Source: Lytechinus pictus
Lineage: Eukaryota
NCBI RefSeq assembly: GCF_037042905.1
Contig: NC_087251.1
Span: 744,001-808,000, forward strand
DNA: 64,000 nt
Direction of reading: 5' to 3'
Both the position numbers and the translations under genes were made by a program. Positions 12,395 to 23,912 of the stretch are shown here, piece after piece. The notes below the pieces were generated by a model. That model made no database searches. It was not told where the DNA came from and worked only from the letters and a program-made list of their open reading frames with translations. The stretch's first letter is position 1. Each line of letters opens with the position of its first letter.

Positions 12395-12575
12395 GACTTT
12401 TGCTCCGGCGACAATTGCTCCGCTGCAAAGTCCACACATTAATGGAAAGTCGAACTTCAACCCTGGATTTAACACTATATCCCCTATCCTAAAACTAACC
12501 CTAAACCTAACATAATACCCTTTTGCAACCCTAACCCAATATCTTAAACGAAATAAAGCCTGGAGCAATTGTTGC
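12395..12575. mobile_element. Short inverted-repeat element with degenerate TAACCC-like core
   Basis: gcgacaattgctcc / ggagcaattgttgc inverted pair enclosing ctaaccctaaacctaac...aaccctaaccc. Confidence 0.55.
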
Positions 12576-13618
12576 TTATCAAAGGACTATAATATGTGCA
12601 TGGATTCTGTTAGCTGAACACTGAATCTTAGGTTGATCTTTTTAACCAATGTTTCTATCACTTTCTTCCAATGCTTGGTAACAAGGGAGAGCAAGGGATT
12701 TTCTTTCATGGTGAAGCCTAGAACTTGAAGCCTCTGATGAAAGGTACAATACCATAAAGGTTTACCCTTACTCTAGACTGTCATGAATGGGTGAAAATGA
12801 TTTATTTATGCTACAAAGAACAAGAGAGGAATGGTGAGAGTAATGTTCAAATGACAGGTGTAATTCCAAACTGTTATATTCCCATATTTTGATCCCATTA
12901 ATGTCAATGTCAGTATCAACAGTTACATCCAAGGTGATGACAATCCTCAAGATTACACCATGTTGACAATCTACATGCGCTGACCTACATCTTTTCTTTT
13001 TTTGCAACCAATACATCTTTCAGCATGATTAACCAAACATTTGAGATTAGTGGCAAACACCTTTCTATCTGGCACATACACAGAACATTCTAGCAAAATT
13101 GCAATCCCAACATAATATTGTTTTATTTGACATATTTCAATGCATAGTGGGGGAACGTGTAGGTAATTGTCTGGCCAAGGTCCAAGTCACCCTGTTGATA
13201 TGATTCTATTATTGCCCATAAAATCTCAAACATTCTTCAACCCCATCCTCCTTTTAAAAAAAAAATCAGTACCACATCATATATCATCCAATCTACTTGA
13301 ACTATTCCATGGCATGGATTCACAATATAATACCACAAACCTTTATACTAAAAATCAAGTGTACTACACCCACAAAAATACAAGTTCAATTATTGAAAGG
13401 AAATATAAGTGTCATTTTTATAATAGTAAGCCTACAATGAATATATTTTAATGTTGAAAAGATTGTTTCTTTTGTGATCAAGTATTAATCAGACAAAAGT
13501 GCCTCCAAAACTTACCCTTGCATGAAGTTAAAAAGCAAAGGAGTGCCAATAGCCTCCAGCGGTTATCAAAAAAACTGATTTATTTGTACAGGGTAATATC
13601 ATAAAAGAGTCACTTTTA

Positions 13619-14428
13619 TACCCCTTTCATATTGGGCTTTTCACCGGCGAACTTCACCGGCGAAGTTCGTCAGCGAAGGGGAAAGTGTCCAGTATGAAAG
13701 GTACACAGCAGAACTTCACCGGTGAAGTTCACCGGCGAACTTCTCCACCTCTAGAGGTGGAGAACTTCGCCGGCGAAACTGTTTCACCAGCGACGTTCGC
13801 CGGTGAAAAGGCCAGTATGAAAGCAAACCGGAGAACTTCTCCTCTTTAAACACGTCAGAGGTCAATTTTTTTCTCTCCCGAAGTCCCCTGTACCAAGATT
13901 CCGCGTGCGATAGTTGCAAGCTCAGCTGAATGCTATGGCCGAGTAGATATCCTCGAACATAATTTTATTTTTTACTAACAATATTTATTAAAAAGCACTT
14001 TTTACATGTATAAAATGCGCTAAAATAAAAAACAAAGTGATATTGTTTGTTTTTCTCGTAAAACTTCCAAAATATGTTGTAATTAATTTTTTGTATACCT
14101 TTTTGTAATAGGTAAGAAGTAATGTTTACAATTTTCTTTCGTTTGTTCTGCACGTGCCGAGCACTGACTAAATCAAGGGAATACTGACACTGTTTACTAG
14201 ATCTAGCCGTCATCTTGACAACTTTACTATAAGTTAGATCTCCACAATTAAAGGAAATAAATAATTGTGGTGCCGCGGAAATGCCGAATGGGGCCAATCG
14301 CCTGTGACTTTCGTCGGAGAAGAAATGTCAGTGCGAAAGGTACTTTTTTTTTCTTCGCCGGGGAAGTGAGGAATGCGAGGCAGAGAAGCTCGCCGCCGAA
14401 AAATGAAGAGGGCAGTATGAAAGGGGTA
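13619..14428 (+). mobile_element. PIF/Harbinger-type MITE family I, copy 2 (144 bp extra segment)
   Basis: TIR TACCCCTTTCATA and TSD TTA/TTA. Extra segment at 14153-14296 relative to the other two copies. Confidence 0.9.
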
Positions 14429-14714
14429 TTAGTACATGCCATGTCCGACCAGGAACTGTGGATATGGTCAGACCAAGTCATACCTCCTTGGTCTTACCAG
14501 CATTAGTGTGGCTAGCTGGTCTCTCTTGATGAATCCACCCTGGTCCCTTGAAAGAGATCACTTCCTCTTTCTATGCCATCATCACTAGCTAATTTTGGAA
14601 GGCGGCTGCTACCTGTATGGTATTACATCTGTCTGACCATAAGAGCATTTGGTGAGATATTCAATGACGGTGATACTTGGTACTCATCAAATCCTCCTGA
14701 ACTCCTTACACGCT

Positions 14715-14985
14715 CCAGGGCCCCAACTTACAAAGAGTTATGATTGATCCGACCAACCACAACTATGGAAAGTCAGCAACGCCAACATCTAAAACGTATG
14801 TTTGTTCACAATGATTTCTAGATATAATGTATAACTCTTCAAGTTTTCTTGATAATTTTGTGTGTTTTCTTTGTTTACAAAGGACATTGTGCAAATTTCC
14901 TGTACGAATAATTATGACAACGATGGATTTCCATATAGTTGAGGTTGATCAGATCAATCACAACGTTTTGTAAGATGGGGCCTAG
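14715..14985. mobile_element. Foldback MITE (~270 bp)
   Basis: Imperfect ~55-bp TIRs: ggccccaacttacaaagagttatgattgatc...caactatggaa / tccatatagttg...gatcaatcacaacgttttgtaagatggggcc. Confidence 0.75.
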
Positions 14986-15816
14986 AATTCACAAACTCAA
15001 TTCAACCTACAAAATCCTTCATCTCCATCTTTAAGAAGGAAAATAGACACTGCCTAACTGTGAGTAATTCACACAAGAACAGAAACCTAAATGGAAATAT
15101 TGAATTGCAATTTGAATATTTAAGCTTGTAAATGGGAGACAATATAAATGCATGATAGTGTTAGCAGGTTCTATTATCTCTGGCCCGAAGTAACATGTTA
15201 AATGATTCACATGATTTCACTCAGTGAATCAACAATTGCATCTCTGAATAGCTTCTCTGGACCAATACCCTTTAGAAATAAGTTGATAAAAGTTTTCACA
15301 TTTTGCATACACAAGCTGCAATGCATCTCAACAAACTATCACATTTTCACTTGTGTACAACTCATCAACACAAAGAAAGAAAATAATGGTGTTTGCGAAA
15401 AGCGAATGAAGGAAAGGTGCAAACATACTGCAGACATTTCTGGGGCACGATTACAGAAATCTAGTAGGTTTTTCTGAATGAGGATTGGAGCAGGTTGTCA
15501 CTATATATGTTCCATATGCTTGACCTAATAAACAGGAGCATATTTGCCTTTTTGTTGGACCAAGACAGAGTTGTGTTACATGTGGTTGATATGTGTGGAC
15601 TTGATGACAAGTCTTCAGGAATGGCTATTTTGAGGGTTAACATAATTTGAGACAACTTTTGGAATGTTAATAGCATGTCCACAACCAAAATATATTTTGT
15701 TCTCCAAATAATTGCCATAACACTTCTGCTGATGTGTTGTTGATACCAAATGTAGGTAAATATGGTAAGAAAAGAAACAGTAAAAAAATGAAGAACAGAT
15801 GGGACAAGTGTAAAAT

Positions 15817-16035
15817 AAAAGCATCTCAGTATTATCAGGATACAATCTTAAGAAAAGTATCTCAGTATTATCAGGATACAACCTTAAGAAAAGCATCTCC
15901 GTATTATCAGGATACAATCTTAAGAAAAGCATCTCAGTATTATCAGGATACAATCTTAAGAAAAGCATCTCAGTATTATCAGGATCATACAACCTTAAGA
16001 AAAAGCATCTCCGTATTACCAAGATTCAACCTTAA
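15817..16035. repeat. 36-bp satellite, left block (~6 units)
   Basis: Same unit as the main array, separated from it by the 16036-16618 insertion. Confidence 0.95.
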
Positions 16036-16618
16036 AGGAGAATGAAACCCTTGAAACCAGCTGAATCCATATCAAAGAGAAAAATCAAAGAAACATATTG
16101 TTGAAAGTTTGAGGAAGATTGAATGAATAATAAGAAAGTTATGAGCATTTGAATATTGAGATCACTAGTGCCATGTAGATCCTCCCATCGGCAATGCGAC
16201 CAAGATCTGTGATGCCACACACGTACAACTCCCTCATTACTTTAGTACTTATTTCACTTATATTCTCACTTTTATAGAGTCTATCACAAGGTGAGGTGTT
16301 CTCTTTATGAGATGACAAGTACACAGGTTTCACAACATTATATCATTGATGAATCGTTTGTCATATGATTAGAATGAGCAAAAAGAGATGTTTTGGGGTA
16401 TATTTTCAGTGTCCAAATGGGAGAGTTGTACGTGTGTGACATCACAGATCTTGGTCGCCTTGCCAATGGGAGGATCTCCATAGCATTAGTGATCTCGACA
16501 TTCAAATGCTCATAACTCTTTTATTCCTAGTCCTATTTTACTCAAACTTTTGTTGATCTTATTCTTTGATTTTTCTGCTTTCACAAAAGCTAACTTGCTC
16601 CAAGAGTTTCATTCTCCT
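16036..16618. mobile_element. Kolobok-type MITE (583 bp) inserted in the satellite
   Basis: TTAA TSD at 16032-16035 and 16619-16622. Termini AGGAGAATGAAAC...GTTTCATTCTCCT with ~200-bp imperfect TIRs. TTAA plus purine-purine termini fits Kolobok rather than piggyBac (CC termini). Confidence 0.85.
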
Positions 16619-19600
16619 TTAAGAAAAGCATCTCGGTATTATCAGGATACAACCTTAAGAAAAGCATCTCAGTATTATCAGGATACAACCTTAAGAAAAG
16701 CATCTCAGTATTATCAGGATACAACCTTAAGAAAAGCATCTCAGTATTATCAGGATACAACCTTAAGAAAAGCATCTCAGTATTATCAGGATACAACCTT
16801 AAGAAAAGCATCTCAGTATTATCAGGATACAACCTTAAGAAAAGCATCTCAGTATTATCAGGATACAATCTTAAGAAAAGCATCTCAGTATTATCAGGAT
16901 ACAACCTGAAGAAAAGCATCTCCGTATTATCAGGATACAATCTTAAGAAAAGCATCTCAGTATTATCAGGATACAATCTTAAGAAAAGCATCTCCGTATT
17001 ACCAAGATTCAACCTTAAGAAAAGCATCTCAGTATTATCAGGATACAACCTTAAGAAAAGCATCTCAGTATTATCAGGATTCAACCTTAAGAAAAGCATC
17101 TCAGTATTATCAGGATACAACCTTAAGAAAAGCATCTCCGTATTATCAGGATACAACCTTAAGAAAAGCATCTCAGTATTATCAGGATACAATCTTAAGA
17201 AAAGCATCTCAGTATTATCAGGATACAACCTTAAGAAAAGCATCTCAGTATTATCAGGATTCAACCTTAAGAAAAGCATCTCAGTATTATCAGGATACAA
17301 TCTTAAGAAAAGCATCTCAGTATTATCAGGATACAACCTGAAGAAAAGCATCTCAGTATTATCAGGAAACAACCTTAAGAAAAGCATCTCCGTATTATCA
17401 GGATACAACCTTAAGACAAGCATCTCCGTATTATCAGGATACAACCTTAAGAAAAGCATCTCAGTATTATCAGGATACAACCTTAAGAAAAGTATCTCAG
17501 TATAATCAGGATACAACCTTAAGAAAAGCATCTCAGTATTATCAGGATACAACCTGAAGAAAAGCATCTCAGTATTATCAGGATACAACCTGAAGAAAAG
17601 CATCTCAGTATTATCAGGATACAACCTTAAGAAAAGCATCTCCGTATTATCAGGATTCAACCTTAAGAAAAGCATCTCCGTATTATCAGGATTCAACCTT
17701 AAGAAAAGCATCTCCGTATTATCAGGATACAACCTTAAGAAAAGCATCTCAGTATTATCAGGATACAACCTTAAGAAAAGCATCTCCGTATTATCAGGAT
17801 ACAACCTTAAGAAAAGCATCTCCGTATTATCAGGATTCAACCTTAAGAAAAGCATCTCCGTATTATCAGGATTCAACCTTAAGAAAAGCATCTCAGTATT
17901 ATCAGGATACAATCTTAAGAAAAGCATCTCAGTATTATCAGGATACAACCTTAAGAAAAGCATCTCAGTATTATCAGGATACAACCTTAAGAAAAGCATC
18001 TCCGTATTATCAGGATACAACCTTAAGAAAAGCATCTCAGTATTATCAGGATTCAACCTTAAGAAAAGCATCTCCGTATTATCAGGATTCAACCTTAAGA
18101 AAAGCATCTCCGTATTATCAGGATTCAACCTTAAGAAAAGCATCTCCGTATTATCAGAATACAACCTTAAGAAAAGCATCTCCGTATTATCAGGATACAA
18201 CCTTAAGAAAAGCATCTCAGTAATATCAGGATACAGCCTTAAGAAAAGCATCTCAGTATTATCAGGATTCAACCTTAAGAAAAGCATCTCCGTATTATCA
18301 GGATACAACCTTAAGAAAAGCATCTCCGTATTATCAGGATTCAACCTTAAGAAAAGCATCTCAGTATTATCAGGATACAACCTTAAGAAAAGCATCTCCG
18401 TATTATCAGGATACAACCTTAAGAAAAGCATCTCCGTATTATCAGGATACAACCTTAAGAAAAGCATCTCAGTATTATCAGGATACAACCTTAAGAAAAG
18501 CATCTCAGTATTATCAGGATACAACCTTAAGAAAAGCATCTCAGTATTATCAGGATACAGCCTTAAGAAAAGCATCTCAGTATTATCAGGATACAGCCTT
18601 AAGAAAAGCATCTCAGTATTATCAGGATACAACCTTAAGAAAAGCATCTCCGTATTATCAGGATACAACCTTAAGAAAAGCATCTTCGTATTATCAGGAT
18701 ACAACCTTAAGAAAAGCATCTCAGTATTATCAGGATACAACCTTAAGAAAAGCATCTCAGTATTATCAGGATACAGCCTTAAGAAAAGCATCTCAGTATT
18801 ATCAGGATACAGTCTTAAGAAAAGCATCTCAGTATTATCAGGATACAGCCTTAAGAAAAGCATCTCAGTATTATCAGGATACAACCTTAAGAAAAGCATC
18901 TCCGTATTATCAGGTACAACCTTAAGAAAAGCATCTCAGTATTATCAGGATACAACCTTAAGAAAAGCATCTCAGTATTATCAGGATACAACCTTAAGAA
19001 AAGCATCTCAGTATTATCAGGATACAACCTTAAGAAAAGCATCTCAGTATTATCAGGATACAACCTTAAGAAAAGCATCTCAGTATTATCAGGATACAAC
19101 CTTAAGAAAAGCATCTCAGTATTATCAGGATTCAACCTTAAGAAAAGCATCTCCGTATTATCAGGATTCAACCTTAAGAAAAGCATCTCAGTATTATCAG
19201 GATTCAATCTTAAGAAAAGCATCTCAGTATTATCAGGATACAACCTTAAGAAAAGCATCTCCGTATTATCAGGATTCAACCTTAAGAAAAGCATCTCCGT
19301 ATTATCAGGATTCAACCTTAAGAAAAGCATCTCCGTATTATCAGGATACAACCTTAAGAAAAGCATCTCAGTATTATCAGGATACAACCTTAAGAAAAGC
19401 ATCTCAGTATTATCAGGATACAACCTTAAGAAAAGCATCTCAGTATTATCAGGATTCAACCTTAAGAAAAGCATCTCCATATTATCAGGATACAACCTTA
19501 AGAAAAGCATCTCAGTATTATCAGGATACAACCTTAAGAAAAGCATCTCAGTATTATCAGGATACAACCTTAAGAAAAGCATCTCAGTATTATCAGGATA

Positions 19601-21810
19601 CAACCTTAAGAAAAGCATCTCAGTATTATCAGGATACAACCTTAAGAAAAGCATCTCAGTATTATCAGGATTCAACCTTAAGAAAAGCATCTCAGTATTA
19701 TCAGGATTCAACCTTGAGAAAAGCATCTCCATATTATCAGGATACAACCTTGAGAAAAGCATCTCCGTATTATCAGGATTCAACCTTAAGAAAAGCATCT
19801 CAGTATTATCAGGATTCAACCTTAAGAAAAGCATCTCAGTATTATCAGGATTCAACCTTAAGAAAAGCATCTCAGTATTATCAGGATACAACCTTAAGAA
19901 AAGCATCTCAGTATTATCAGGATACAATCTTAAGAAAAGCATCTCCGTATTATCAGGATACAACCTTAAGAAAAGCATCTCCGTATTATCAGGATACAAC
20001 CTTAAGAAAAGCATCTCAGTATTATCAGGATACAGCCTTAAGAAAAGCATCTCAGTATTATCAGGATTCAACCTTAAGAAAAGCATCTCAGTATTATCAG
20101 GATACAACCTTAAGAAAAGCATCTCCGTATTATCAGGATACAACCTTAAGAAAAGCATCTCAGTATTATCAGGATACAATCTTAAGAAAAGCATCTCAGT
20201 ATTATCAGGATACAATCTTAAGAAAAGCATCTCAGTATTATCAGGATACAGCCTTAAGAAAAGCATCTCAGTATTATCAGGATTCAACCTTAAGAAAAGC
20301 ATCTCCGTATTATCAGGATACAACCTTAAGAAAAGCATCTCAGTATTATCAGGATACAACCTTAAGAAAAGCATCTCAGTATTATCAGGTTACAACCTTA
20401 AGAAAAGCATCTCCGTATTATCAGGATTCAACCTTAAGAAAAGCATCTCAGTATTATCAGGATACAACCTTAAGAAAAGCATCTCAGTATATTATCAGGA
20501 TACAACCTTAAGAAAAGCATCTCAGTATTATCAGGATACAACCTTAAGAAAAGCATCTCAGTATTATCAGGATACAACCTTAAGAAAAGCATCTCAGTAT
20601 TATCAGGATTCAACCTTAAGAAAAGCATCTCAGTATTATCAGGATTCAACCTTAAGAAAAGCATCTCCGTATTATCAGGATACAACCTTGAGAAAAGCAT
20701 CTCCGTATTATCAGGATTCAACCTTAAGAAAAGCATCTCAGTATCATCAGGATTCAACCTTAAGAAAAGCATCTCCGTATTATCAGGATACAACCTTAAG
20801 AAAAGCATCTCCGTATCATCAGGATACAACCTTAAGAAAAGCATCTCCGTATTATCAGGATACAACCTTAAGAAAAGCATCTCAGTATTATCAGGATTCA
20901 ACCTTAAGAAAAGCATCTCAGTATTATCAGGATTCAACCTTAAGAAAAGCATCTCAGTATTATCAGGATTCAACCTTAAGAAAAGCATCTCAGTATTATC
21001 AGGATACAACCTTAAGAAAAGCATCTCAGTATTATCAGGATTCAACCTTAAGAAAAGCATCTCAGTATTATCAGGATTCAACCTTAAGAAAAGCATCTCC
21101 GTATTATCAGGATACAATCTTAAGAAAAGCATCTCAGTATTATCAGGATTCAACCTTAAGAAAAGCATCTCAGTATTATCAGGATTCAACCTTAAGAAAA
21201 GCATCTCAGTATTATCAGGATACAATCTTAAGAAAAGCATCTCCGTATTATCAGGATACAACCTTAAGAAAAGCATCTCAGTATTATCAGGATACAATCT
21301 TAAGAAAAGCATCTCCGTATTACCAAGATTCAACCTTAAGAAAAGCATCTCAGTATTATCAGGATACAACCTTAAGAAAAGCATCTCAGTATTATCAGGA
21401 TACAACCTTAAGAAAAGCATCTCAGTATTATCAGGATTCAACCTTAAGAAAAGCATCTCCGTATTATCAGGATACAATCTTAAGAAAAGCATCTCCGTAT
21501 TATCAGGATACAACCTTAAGAAAAGCATCTCCGTATTACCAAGATTCAACCTTAAGAAAAGCATCTCAGTATTATCAGGATCATACAACCTTAAGAAAAG
21601 CATCTCTGTATTATCAGGATACAACCTTAAGAAAAGCATCTCCGTATTACCAAGATTCAACCTTAAGAAAAGCATCTCAGTATTATTAGGATACAACCTT
21701 AAGAAAAGCATCTCCGTATTATCAGGATACAACCTTAAGAAAAGCATCTCCGTATTATCAGGATACAACCTTAAGAAAAGCATCTCGGTATTATCAGGAT
21801 TCAACCTTAA
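16619..21810. repeat. 36-bp tandem satellite/minisatellite, ~144 units, consensus AAGAAAAGCATCTCAGTATTATCAGGATACAACCTT
   Basis: Direct reading shows register repeating every 180 bp (5 units). A few recurrent substitutions, and indels near 18914 (-1), 20489 (+2) and 21581 (+3). A 12-bp remnant ttaagaaaagca resumes at 23442. Confidence 0.98.
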
Positions 21811-23441
21811 AGTTGAATTAAGAAGAAGGTGAGTTTCCATAAATATGGGTTCCACACACAATATATAGTATATATCAGTTGTTCAAACAGATAGCATGTC
21901 ACAAAAATCCTCTGCCTTCTCGATATTTTGCTTTGAAAGTCTATGAAATTAGCCACCTGTCAGAGCCCGAGAGACAAGTGTACAGAAAAATCACTTTGAG
22001 TGTGACGTCATCGGGGGGGGGGGGGGGGAATATAGTATAAGAGGTGTCCGGGTGTAATACAGAAATGCTATGCAGAAAGACAAAGATGATTTTACAATTT
22101 TTTTTCAAAGCAACTCAAATCAAACAAATAGGAATCATATGTACAAATCTTTACTTTCCCTGTATAAAAAACATTATGAATAACTATCATGAACTCTTAA
22201 ATCATGATGTAAGATTGCAAACAGTGAGTTATTGAATGAAATTTTCACTATTTCTCATTTATTTTATCACGATGTTCCATCAAGTGAGTAGCTGGAAAGT
22301 AATTCTGGCGGCTAGCTCAGCTCTGCGCGCGCTGCACGCCTATACAATACACACAACACCCAGGCATTGAGTGTACTGTAGTGGTCTGGTACTTCGACCC
22401 GCAGTTCATGACCATGCAGCGATCCCCTGGCGTCTTTTTCTTCTTTCCTTTTGTCTTTGACTCCATTTTTATATCCTCTGGATCATTTCCACTCATAGCT
22501 CATTCCACAGAACAATCTAGAATCAAACGTACAATTCTTCTCGGCCTTCCGAGTTGTTTTCTATATTTAATTACGCTAGAGGTCATCGTCACACATACAA
22601 ACGCAATTCGCAAGTGATTTGAAGACAGCAAGAAAGGTATGCGGTATGGTAGCTCGACAGCTAGCTGAGCCGCAGCGGGCGGCCGGTCGGCACAAAGCAA
22701 TTCCGCAACCTACTGTGTTTTTTGCAAGAGCCGCGTCACACGCAGATAAATATGTCATAATAACACGTCTGCTACGTTATCGACCGGTGAGAAGATCTCG
22801 ATCAAATTTCATATTATTCGCCTTGAAATTATTCCTTTAGGGTCTATGGTATCATTCTGAGGGAATTTACATATTTGGAATAATAGTACGGCCATAAATA
22901 TACTTTTAATCATTTCCTCTTTGCAAGTTCTCCGGCTCACAGATACAACTTCAACTGCAGTTTATTCCATTATGACTTGTTCTGCCACGGACACAGTCCC
23001 GAACGAAAACAAGGCATTAAAATCGTCTAAAATCGCTACAAAGAAGAACAGTTTTAACAATGTAGGGATATATTATTGACTATATGTCTTTGAATAATTA
23101 TTACTTCCTTTCAGTATCGTTCACATAAAATCAATAGCGATAAAATTAAGTTTTGACACAAAAGTAAATATGAAGGCGTACGTGCATAGTACACAAAACG
23201 GCACTGCCTTGTTTACTACACCGGGACCGAATTCCCACCGTGACGTCACAGTCAAAGAACACCCGTCTCGGTAGGCATTGCAGGAGCCAACTCAGGGAAA
23301 ATGGGTAGGGATAAATCGTTCAAATCCACTATTTTGAAAAAAGAAAATGGGGGGTCGAATCACCTCTTAGTGTTTGGGGGGTTGTAAGGTTGCTATTAAT
23401 GTAAATATCTCAATATTTGGAATCGTCTTCTTAATTCAACT
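21811..23441 (-). mobile_element. Internally deleted Kolobok-type transposon (1631 bp)
   Basis: 16-bp perfect TIR AGTTGAATTAAGAAGA. TTAA TSD at 21807-21810 and 23442-23445. Contains a THAP-like ORF start. Confidence 0.85.
22317..22496 (-). pseudogene. Truncated THAP-domain N-terminus (transposase remnant)
   Basis: 59-aa ORF MSGNDPEDIKMESKTKGKKKKTPGDRCMVMNCGSKYQTTTVHSMPGCCVYCIGVQRAQS. CxVxxC...HxxP resembles the THAP start. The later conserved Trp and CxxH are missing. Confidence 0.6.
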
Positions 23442-23787
23442 TTAAGAAAAGCAAAACAGAAATCAGAATTCCAGTGGAAGATTATTTGGCAAAAGTGATG
23501 CACAGAGTACGTAAGGAGAATAATTGCTCTGCATTGAATACGAATTCATATACCAAAGTCAATACATGATCTATATTCTTCACTTCATTTCATACTACCT
23601 AAAGAAGTACTGCGCAAGCCAAGTTCACATTCAAACTATAACGTTGACAAGAGAAGTTGCTTTCTCAAACCCATTTATACATGCTTTCAACTCCATTTTT
23701 TCTCGAAATATAGAATAATTTTCACTTTAAGTACTTCCACGAGAAATATTTTTAAAGTTCCTTTATTCAACCATCTATCAGTCAATA

Positions 23788-23912
23788 CTAATATGATATC
23801 GGATGGCTAAGAATGGAATACCAGAAATATTCAAAGAGTTTGGGAATATTGGCCCTAACGAGTGGAATATTTCTGGTATTTCATGAAATAAAGCCATCCA
23901 ATATAATTATCA
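23788..23912. mobile_element. Small palindromic non-autonomous element (possibly Crypton-type)
   Basis: Inverted pairs ggatggct/agccatcc and aataccagaaatattc/gaatatttctggtatt. No TSD visible. Confidence 0.55.

Noticed and set aside
15817..21810. CRISPR array (36-bp repeats)
   Set aside because: Units are head-to-tail with no unique spacers, there are no cas genes, and the context is eukaryotic.
16550..21861. Long ORFs of (MLFLRLYPDNTE)n and (RKASQYYQDTTL)n as repeat proteins
   Set aside because: They arise because the 36-bp unit is a multiple of 3 and lacks a stop in those frames. Three common variants are synonymous in the minus frame, but by my count distinct non-synonymous alleles outnumber synonymous ones about 3:1, as expected under neutrality. 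There is also a TAA near 20390, frameshifts near 18914 and 20489, and transposon insertions.
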